Source: a virus
Reading direction: 5' to 3' (one strand)
Length of the DNA stretch: 64,000 nt
Virus record (IMG/VR): IMGVR_UViG_3300042880_000288
Coordinates: 1-64,000 of that record
Both the position numbers and the translations under genes were made by a program. Below the pieces are notes generated by a model. It did no database searches. It saw only the letters and a list, made by a program, of their open reading frames with translations, and had not been told where the DNA came from. Below, piece by piece: positions 57,382-64,000 of this stretch (position 1 is its first letter; the number at the start of each line of letters is the position of its first letter).

Positions 57382-59283
57382 TTAAAATAAACTTAATTGA
57401 TTTATAATAGGTTGTAAGCTTTGTATTTCTTTTCTTACTTTTTCAATATAAAAATCATAATTGATTTCATATTCATCTATAGGAAGTTTTACATGTGCAT
57501 TTAGCACCTGTTGCATCCATTTTCCGGCTTCAACCTGAATTTCTCTATTATCAGAATTATTCTTCTTAATAATTTTAGAACCAGACTTACATATATAATA
57601 TCTTATAGTATGCTGCAGTTCTTTTACTGTATACTCTCCATCTTTTACAAAATGTTGGAAAAACTTCCAGTCTCCTCTAATCTTGACACCACCACAAAAA
57701 TCAAATATATCAGTGCAATTCCTAATATATGTTTCAGGTTCAACCCCTTCTACAAAATATGCATGTAATGCTTTAGGTACAACTAAAAAACTTTTGTTTT
57801 TATGAAGTGCAAGGTCTGCAAACTCAAATCTACCTTTACACTTAGACTTACCATCTTCAGTGATAGCTATATAGTTATTGACATCACCAAGTATTAATTT
57901 AGTATACTTATCATGTTCTAACTGTAGATTAGTCATTTCTTCCCACCTCTTGCAGATTTCCATATATTTAGCTTCATACTTTCTAGGTATCATAGTCTCA
58001 AGACCATCTGTATTCTGCATTAAAGGAACAGCATCTGGAATTTCTTCACAAATCATTTCATACAACATTGTAAGACTTAGCTGACCATTAATTGTAATCC
58101 TCATGGTAAACTGTGGATCATATAGAAAACTATTCTCATCATTGCTGAGTCCATAAGTTGAATTAAGAATAATCTTATATACATAATTCTTGGGATCTTT
58201 CTTTGGGATCTTTTTTCTTTCTTCAAAAAACCATTCATACAGTTCACAAAATTCTTGTTTAGGTAAATGTGCAGGAGCCCATTTATTTCTAATAGCTAGA
58301 TTAGGATAAAAACTTACAACATCTGAAGTCATAATTATCATGTCTTCATTAGATTCATAAACTTTAGTTTCTCTAGCACCATGGACACCACCAAGACCAA
58401 AATCTGTTTTTACTCCTTTGTAGTTTACAGAATACTTAAAGCCTCCTTTTGTTTCATTAGGAAATATTACTGCCTCTTTAAATTTTTCTAATAACTTTTG
58501 AAATGGAGCTGTAGTAAATTGAATATAAGGTAGAATTATATGTTTGACTTCAATCTTATCCCGCAAAGTTCTAAGTTTTCTAAGTTGTGCTTTTTTAATC
58601 CCAGTCTTTTTACTGAGAAAATACATAAAAAGTTCTTTAGATATCCTTGGTTCTGATGCAGAATATAAGTCAATTTCATATTCATTAGTAAGATCTCTTC
58701 TCAAATCAATTTGGCTTTTACTTAATTGCATAATAGCTTTAGTTGACTTGACATCATTTATACAATACTTTAAAATATTGTTTATTTGTCCCTCATTTTC
58801 AATCTCAGTAGTATGATGTATTGGCATGTCCACTATATTCTTCCAATCCATACTAAACTGAATCCACTTTAGTGAACTTCTTTTAGCTGGATTATCCCAG
58901 TGGTTAAGTTTAAATACATCTAACTGCTTAATTGTCAAATCTCTAGGTCCAAATTCAGGAAAATTTCCTTGGTTCTGATTAGAGATTGTTTGTTGTGCTA
59001 TTTGATATAGCTTTCTAGCAACTTCATCACCACTCATTATTTTGAGTTGGTCTGCATTTCTAATAACATATTCAGTTATTTGACTGTCAAAAGCCAAACC
59101 ATTAAAACTAACATGCCATTCTCCATGTGTTGCATTTCTATACAGGAAGTTAGCAAAATCTTCAGTATCATTTCTACTTTTATGAATGATAAAAATTTCT
59201 TGATGTTCAGATTTTACATCTTCAAAGACTCCCATGAAACAATTACTAAGAGTTTCATAGTCCATTACCCAATGTGTTCTCAT
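57382..59283 (-). CDS. polB: DNA polymerase, family B, with 3'-5' exonuclease
   Basis: ExoI VMDYET, ExoII SFNGLAFD, motif A SDVVSFYPN, motif B YKIILNSTYG, motif C QNTDG. C-terminus QLSLF. Confidence 0.92.
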   Translation of the reverse strand: MRTHWVMDYETLSNCFMGVFEDVKSEHQEIFIIHKSRNDTEDFANFLYRNATHGEWHVSFNGLAFDSQITEYVIRNADQLKIMSGDEVARKLYQIAQQTISNQNQGNFPEFGPRDLTIKQLDVFKLNHWDNPAKRSSLKWIQFSMDWKNIVDMPIHHTTEIENEGQINNILKYCINDVKSTKAIMQLSKSQIDLRRDLTNEYEIDLYSASEPRISKELFMYFLSKKTGIKKAQLRKLRTLRDKIEVKHIILPYIQFTTAPFQKLLEKFKEAVIFPNETKGGFKYSVNYKGVKTDFGLGGVHGARETKVYESNEDMIIMTSDVVSFYPNLAIRNKWAPAHLPKQEFCELYEWFFEERKKIPKKDPKNYVYKIILNSTYGLSNDENSFLYDPQFTMRITINGQLSLTMLYEMICEEIPDAVPLMQNTDGLETMIPRKYEAKYMEICKRWEEMTNLQLEHDKYTKLILGDVNNYIAITEDGKSKCKGRFEFADLALHKNKSFLVVPKALHAYFVEGVEPETYIRNCTDIFDFCGGVKIRGDWKFFQHFVKDGEYTVKELQHTIRYYICKSGSKIIKKNNSDNREIQVEAGKWMQQVLNAHVKLPIDEYEINYDFYIEKVRKEIQSLQPIINQLSLF

Positions 59284-59510
59284 ATTACTTTTTTAAATAA
59301 ACCATTAGCAATTGGATCAAGTAGTTTATTTGTGGATAGTTCTACTTTTGTTATTTTAGGCATTTTTGGTTCACACTTGCTGCAATGACTAATCATTTCA
59401 TGATGAGTAGATCCACAACACTGACATGCAATTGGAAAATGAAAATAAGTCCTAGTTAAATTATTATTTAACTTACATATGTCACAACGACCATATTCTC
59501 TATCACCCAT
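59280..59510 (-). CDS. Small Cys/His-rich putative zinc-binding protein
   Basis: CDIC...CQCC...HH...HCSKC. ATGA-type overlap with the polB start. Confidence 0.65.
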   Translation of the reverse strand: MGDREYGRCDICKLNNNLTRTYFHFPIACQCCGSTHHEMISHCSKCEPKMPKITKVELSTNKLLDPIANGLFKKVI

Positions 59511-59552
59511 AAGACTTGTGTTCAGTTAAGCTGTTCCCCCATTTAAGTAAAT

Positions 59553-59585
59553 AAAAAAAGAGGGTGTTTGGTACCCACCCTCTTT
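59553..59585 (-). terminator. Rho-independent terminator
   Basis: Perfect 10-bp stem AAAGAGGGUG/CACCCUCUUU with a 9-nt loop, followed by a U-run on the - strand, 18 nt after the stop at 59604. Confidence 0.85.
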
Positions 59586-59603
59586 CTGGTTTTTTGGTAT
59601 TGT

Positions 59604-59951
59604 TTAAGCTTGCTCAGCCATAAACTTCTTATAATCAAACTTTGCATTAACTGCAAACATTTTGATTAATTCTTCCATAGCCTCAGTATCTTCAATATAA
59701 AATTCTTGAAACACTTCTACTTTGTGTCTCTCCTGTTTCATACCTTTTGTACCAGCTATTGCCTGTCCATACTCATCTAGTTTGGGCAGCATATGCAATG
59801 TAGTTTTTTTAATCTTAGAGATTATTACAAATACTTTTGTTCCTGGATCAAAAATACATTCCACATATGGGCATGTATCATTAATAGGAATCATTCTAAA
59901 AGTTTGTTTTTCTTGCCAAGTTGCTTGGACAAGCATCATTGATTGTGTCAT
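59604..59951 (-). CDS. Hypothetical protein (115 aa)
   Basis: Well-formed ORF in the - strand operon with A-rich leader AAAAAACCAACAA. No motif recognised. Confidence 0.75.
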   Translation of the reverse strand: MTQSMMLVQATWQEKQTFRMIPINDTCPYVECIFDPGTKVFVIISKIKKTTLHMLPKLDEYGQAIAGTKGMKQERHKVEVFQEFYIEDTEAMEELIKMFAVNAKFDYKKFMAEQA

Positions 59952-59977
59952 TTGTTGGTTTTTTAATTAAATACAAA

Positions 59978-60544
59978 TTAATCTATAATTTCTAAATTCT
60001 GCAAGTCTGCAACTGAAATTTGTAGATTTTCTTTTTCTAAATCAGGCTTGTCACATAACTCACCCACACTACTTAACAAACTTACAGGAACATCTAATAG
60101 TTCTGCATATCTGTCATACCATTTTTCTGGAAATAAATAACTATATACATAGACATAGTTACCTCCATGTTTGTCAAAATAATCAAGAATTTTGCGCTTT
60201 AAATTCATATTAAGTTTACTGTAATTACCACTAACTATATTATCCCAGTCAATCCCCATATCAGAGAAATCAAATGTAAATACACTAGTGTTATCATCAG
60301 CCTTCACATAATCACATAACCTAGTATGTGTTAATAAAACATCTTTTTCAAATTTTAAATATTCAATGTCTTTTCTATTCTCATACACACATATAAACTT
60401 CATATCCTCGGTGCTGTAGTTTTTTCCCCAAGACAAATAAGTCTCTGTTGGAATAGCAGGTGCCCCTCTTTTTATGCCCAAGAGCGGATATATAAATATC
60501 TTGGACTTTTGAAAATATTTGCCATAAAGCGCATTAATAACCAT
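59978..60544 (-). CDS. Hypothetical protein (188 aa)
   Basis: Tightly packed ORF downstream of the exonuclease (YFQKSKIFIYPLLGI...). No function recognised. Confidence 0.75.
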   Translation of the reverse strand: MVINALYGKYFQKSKIFIYPLLGIKRGAPAIPTETYLSWGKNYSTEDMKFICVYENRKDIEYLKFEKDVLLTHTRLCDYVKADDNTSVFTFDFSDMGIDWDNIVSGNYSKLNMNLKRKILDYFDKHGGNYVYVYSYLFPEKWYDRYAELLDVPVSLLSSVGELCDKPDLEKENLQISVADLQNLEIID

Positions 60545-60548
60545 AAAC

Positions 60549-61565
60549 TTACAATTTAATATTACCTACTGCTAAGTCATATGGTAGGTCATATCTTTTC
60601 TGTATATAATGCCATTTGGCAATTTCTAATACAGATTTAAAATCACTTTTCCATTGACTCATTGTTTCTACAGAGACTTGGAAAGGATAAACTAAATTGT
60701 ATTTGTCAATTACAATAAAAGTTACTTGAACCTGCCAGTCTCTGGCATCCGGTTTATCTTTCAAGAATTTATCTGAAGCTAGAATAGTATAGATAACTCC
60801 TTGTATCCAATACTTGTAATATTCTACAGCATCAGGAAAATCTTGAATAGACTTACCTGTTGTTTTGAGGTCATTGATAAAAATTATCTTTGCCTCTTTA
60901 TCAACAACAACATTGTCAAGTACTCCGTGTAAACCAAAGGGTAATTTTTCATGGTCAACCTTAATATGCAACTCATTATAGGTCTCAATGTGAGTGTCTT
61001 CCTCAGTTATATCTAGTGCTAATAGTGTTCTCACATCACTATTACTCTTTAGTATTTCAACCTGTGCTTTGCAGCCATCCAAAGTAGGTTCATCAACTAT
61101 TGATTTGTCTAGACTATTTTTAAGGAATTCAAAATACTCTTTGTGTTCATCAGTAAGTATCTTGTCAAGTCTTTGCTGATCAGTTTTAAGATTCTGATAA
61201 AGGTTTGCTGTAAGTAGTTGTGTGAGTATATCTTGTGGGTAGTCCTCCAAAATTAAGGAATTATTTTCATATCCAAGATGTATCCTAAAAATATTATCAA
61301 TAATTTTTCTAGGATTGTCACTAGGTAGTTTTCCCGGTAGGGATATAAATTTATCATTATATTTCTCTTTCTCAAATAAAAGGCAGTGAAGGACACTACC
61401 ACCTACAAGGTGAGCATCCTTACTGTCTTCCCTCTGGTTGAGCACATAATGATTGTAGAATAAAGCAGGTGAAAAAAGTAACTTATTCAACCCACTATAA
61501 CTAAAATAAAACTTTTGTTTGTAAAATCTCTCTAGTTCATCAGAACCATTCAAAGTCTGTATCAT
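60549..61565 (-). CDS. PD-(D/E)XK exonuclease (RecE/RecB/Cas4-like fold)
   Basis: FSYSGLNKL...GGSVLHCLL...LHGVLDNVVVD...INDLKTTG...YWIQGVIY gives the S.S, G..lH, D...DxK and Q...Y pattern. Confidence 0.85.
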   Translation of the reverse strand: MIQTLNGSDELERFYKQKFYFSYSGLNKLLFSPALFYNHYVLNQREDSKDAHLVGGSVLHCLLFEKEKYNDKFISLPGKLPSDNPRKIIDNIFRIHLGYENNSLILEDYPQDILTQLLTANLYQNLKTDQQRLDKILTDEHKEYFEFLKNSLDKSIVDEPTLDGCKAQVEILKSNSDVRTLLALDITEEDTHIETYNELHIKVDHEKLPFGLHGVLDNVVVDKEAKIIFINDLKTTGKSIQDFPDAVEYYKYWIQGVIYTILASDKFLKDKPDARDWQVQVTFIVIDKYNLVYPFQVSVETMSQWKSDFKSVLEIAKWHYIQKRYDLPYDLAVGNIKL

Positions 61566-62907
61566 TCTTTTCTTCTGTTGGATTAATAGTTAGTTCTTCT
61601 GGGACCCCTGGAATTTCATTTAATTCAGATTCGGAAACAGGATTTGACTGTTCTAACTCTATTAACTCTGACTTGAGGTCATTTCTCTCAATTCTTAGTA
61701 ATGCAGTTTCTATGTCATCATCAGAGATTTCAAGGTCACTTTCAACCCTTTCAACCCCTAAAGCAACCCCCGCAACCCCTGGTATTGAATTTAGGTCCTC
61801 TAAATTAGCATGTAATTCAACAACCTCTTCTTCAACTTGACCCTCTGGTACAAAGTCTTCTATATTTTTATAGACATAGTTTTTATTTAACAAAGCAAGA
61901 GTTGCTTCATCAACAGTAATAGTTTTTACTTTAAAGTAATCAGTACCACCAGTTGATTCAATCTCATGAACATATTTCTTCATAATAATATCAATCTTAT
62001 CTGTATCAACAACACCCTTGTCAATCAAAGACTTCATTATATCATCTATATCTGTATTCATATAACTATCTTTACCTAGATATCCAAGTAAAGATTTAAA
62101 GTTAACATGCTTTTTAGTATGACAGTTGTACATTTGATTATGATACTCTTTAAACAATAACTCTAAATAGAGTAAGCTATCTATATAGTTAGAATTAGCC
62201 ATTATCTCCATTGCCAAGATATGATTGTCATTATCAGAGCTCTTAAACATGTCAGATAATTGATCAAACATTACTGAATCTATGATAACTGCATCTGCAC
62301 CATTAATATGTTTAAGTAATGCAGCCTCTGTTAAAATAGTAGTATTTAATACCTTAGGAAAATATTCAGCATAGCTATTACTTACTTGATAAAAAGTATT
62401 AGAACTTCTCAATTCTATAGTTACTTCTGGATTTTTCATAGCTTCAATAAATACTTTTTCATTTCTAATTTCACTAGAAGAACTATAATCCATATAAACT
62501 CTGTCCTCAGTATAAAATTCAAGTGCTGTATCTACATTCTCTACATAATAATCATCCATTTTGTCTCTAACAGTTTCATAAATCTGTCTAAACATTTCTG
62601 TAGGCATGCTGTATAACCATCTTGTGTCACACATCTTATGAACTGTTGCAGTACCTGCAAATATATGTGTTGCAATATCTATATCTCTGACAGATTTAAT
62701 ACCATATTGTATAGTTAAATCTTTTAGTTTTACCCTAGGAATATTCACTCCTGGTAAAAAATATAATTTGTCTCCTTTTGTAGGGACATAATCTCCATTG
62801 GATACTTGTAAATCAGCCCTTGAATCAGGAGAACCAAAAAGTGGTTCAACAGTTATCTTGACCTCATCTGAAACTACTTCAATGTCAAAAAACAAATAAT
62901 TTTTCAT
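61540..62907 (-). CDS. Hypothetical protein, possible BRCT-like N-terminal domain, acidic tail
   Basis: KLYFLPGVNIPRVKLKDL..QYGIKSVRDIDIATHIF resembles a BRCT beta-alpha-beta start (judged by eye). Acidic low-complexity C-terminus with two LNxIPGV repeats. Confidence 0.55.
   Translation of the reverse strand: MKNYLFFDIEVVSDEVKITVEPLFGSPDSRADLQVSNGDYVPTKGDKLYFLPGVNIPRVKLKDLTIQYGIKSVRDIDIATHIFAGTATVHKMCDTRWLYSMPTEMFRQIYETVRDKMDDYYVENVDTALEFYTEDRVYMDYSSSSEIRNEKVFIEAMKNPEVTIELRSSNTFYQVSNSYAEYFPKVLNTTILTEAALLKHINGADAVIIDSVMFDQLSDMFKSSDNDNHILAMEIMANSNYIDSLLYLELLFKEYHNQMYNCHTKKHVNFKSLLGYLGKDSYMNTDIDDIMKSLIDKGVVDTDKIDIIMKKYVHEIESTGGTDYFKVKTITVDEATLALLNKNYVYKNIEDFVPEGQVEEEVVELHANLEDLNSIPGVAGVALGVERVESDLEISDDDIETALLRIERNDLKSELIELEQSNPVSESELNEIPGVPEELTINPTEEKNDTDFEWF
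61743..61779 (-). repeat. Four tandem CAACCC(C) units (GGGGTTG on - strand)
   Basis: C-runs at 61746-48, 61755-58, 61767-71 and 61776-79, each preceded by CAA. Confidence 0.7.
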
Positions 62908-62919
62908 TGTCTTAAGTTT

Positions 62920-62944
62920 AAAAAGGGGAGTATTACCTCCCCTT
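62920..62944 (-). terminator. Rho-independent terminator
   Basis: The - strand reads AAGGGGAG-GUAAUA-CUCCCCUU-UUU: a perfect 8-bp stem with a short U-run. Confidence 0.7.
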
Positions 62945-62974
62945 ATGTTTGTTTTAATTTGCTATAGGACTTGT

Positions 62975-63000
62975 AAAAAAGGGAAAAAGTTTTAACCCTT
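62975..63000 (-). terminator. Possible weak terminator directly after the AAA ATPase stop
   Basis: AAGGG...CCCUU outer stem with a poorly paired interior, followed by a U-run. Confidence 0.3.
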
Positions 63001-63002
63001 AA

Positions 63003-63998
63003 TTATTTTACAGCCATCTTCACCACGTCTTGATTCATCATCAATGAACTAAACTTAACTTTGTTACCATTAACAATTTCCTTAACCATGTAATATCTAA
63101 GGTCATTAGTAAATGCTTCACAGTCAGTAGTAAGTTTAGCTATCCTGTCAATAATAGGTTTACCTATACTTCCTTTGTCAGCCAAAGTCAATGAATAGTT
63201 AATTACCCTTGTTGCAATTACACTAGAAATATCAGCACGGAAATCATCATCTTTACCAACTGCATTAGTAAGAGAGTTCATTACATACTGCTCATCTTTA
63301 GTTAGGATATCTGCAGGACTAATTATTCTATCAAGTTTGTTATTGATGAACATAGTAAACATTGAACTAAAATCTACACCAACAGAACCCTCACCAATCA
63401 TTTGAATCAATGGAAGATCATCCTCAAACTTAGGTACAGAACTAATAGCATTGAAGAAAGTAGTAATAGATCTTGGATTAACTCTTTGAGTTACCAACTC
63501 TGGGTGCATCAACATAAAGTTAATACATCTACCATCTATGTTTGCTTTCTCTGCCCACTTAGCCCATACATCAGCATCATATTTCAACTCAACAGATATA
63601 AATCTAGTCTTCTGAGCAACATCTAAAGAAGTTACATTATAATCACCATTGTCTGGATTAGTAGTCAAGATAACATGCCAATTCTTTGGTAACTTCCAAG
63701 AAACATATTCCTGTCTATCTAGAATCTCCATGGTTGCTTGCATAAATCTTGCATCAGCTCTAGTATAATCATCAAGAATCAAGAAACCACCTTCACCTTT
63801 ACCCTGAATCCATTCAGGAGCAGCATGTGACATTCTCTTGCCCACAACTTTGAATTTATTTGCAGTAGCTGCAGCTATCTGAGATTCATTAATCCAACCT
63901 TCTTTACCTTCTGCATTTCTAATTTGAAATTCTTTTACAGGAAACCCAACCAAGTCACCTAATTCTTCTAACTGAGATAAATTCAGCTTTACAACATC
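63003..63998 (-). CDS. MoxR-like AAA+ ATPase, 5'-truncated by the window edge
   Basis: LSQLEELGDLVGFP, PEW, Walker B FLILDDYTRA, sensor TTNPD and R-finger AQKTRF. The frame stays open to the window end (DVVKLNLSQLEELGDL...), so the track start at 63953 is internal and Walker A lies outside the window. Confidence 0.85.
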   Translation of the reverse strand, partial: DVVKLNLSQLEELGDLVGFPVKEFQIRNAEGKEGWINESQIAAATANKFKVVGKRMSHAAPEWIQGKGEGGFLILDDYTRADARFMQATMEILDRQEYVSWKLPKNWHVILTTNPDNGDYNVTSLDVAQKTRFISVELKYDADVWAKWAEKANIDGRCINFMLMHPELVTQRVNPRSITTFFNAISSVPKFEDDLPLIQMIGEGSVGVDFSSMFTMFINNKLDRIISPADILTKDEQYVMNSLTNAVGKDDDFRADISSVIATRVINYSLTLADKGSIGKPIIDRIAKLTTDCEAFTNDLRYYMVKEIVNGNKVKFSSLMMNQDVVKMAVK

Positions 63999-64000
63999 CA

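Noticed and set aside
34995-59283. Inteins or introns in the RNAP, helicase or PolB (common in crAss-like phages)
   Set aside because: The frames are uninterrupted, and no C/S...HN-C/S/T splice junctions or LAGLIDADG/HNH motifs were seen. The RNAP has no internal Cys.
60549-61565. Cas4 or CRISPR-associated role for the exonuclease
   Set aside because: It lacks the four-Cys Fe-S cluster pattern and there is no cas or array context.
55935-63626. Short + strand ORFs within the - strand module (e.g. 55935, 57511, 57878, 58544, 59047, 59722, 60994, 62386, 63402)
   Set aside because: They are nested antisense to genes with clear catalytic motifs and have no independent support.
1-64000. Stop-codon reassignment, known in some crAss-like phages
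   Set aside because: Genes tile densely under the standard code. TAG terminates genes cleanly at 4083, 55597 and 56085, and TGA at 2423.
1-64000. tRNA, rRNA, CRISPR array, integrase/transposase, DGR
   Set aside because: All intergenic gaps are under about 115 nt and are explained by terminators or promoter-like motifs. No such signatures were seen.

Overview
AT-rich (roughly 30% GC by eye), densely coding segment of a large crAss-like (Crassvirales-related) tailed phage. The host is probably Bacteroidota: there are no Shine-Dalgarno sites, leaders are A-rich, and one TAnnTTTG promoter element is present. The + strand (1-55170) is a virion module: tail-fibre-type genes, an IHF-like gene, two ring/tail-tube genes and a 1846-aa muzzle/tail-stabilisation gene. 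These are followed by five internal cargo proteins (one with a lytic transglycosylase) and three giant ejection proteins of 2447, 4739 and 1934 aa. The 4739-aa protein is a virion RNA polymerase (DYDVDK motif) fused to a zincin protease, a SLOG-like domain, an SF1B helicase, an AlkB dioxygenase and an ASCH domain. The converging - strand (55196-64000) is a replication module: MazG-like pyrophosphatase, DUF932-like protein, family B DNA polymerase, PD-(D/E)XK exonuclease, MoxR-like AAA ATPase and small hypothetical proteins, punctuated by intrinsic terminators. The most unusual signals are (i) the enzyme array on the RNAP, (ii) only four cysteines in the 9120 aa of the three giant proteins, all at the termini facing the neighbouring giant gene, suggesting a head-to-tail linked ejection chain, (iii) short motifs shared among the cargo proteins, and (iv) a QLSLF clamp-binding motif ending the polymerase. 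All assignments come from reading motifs by eye; no database search was run, so domain boundaries are approximate and novelty is unverified.
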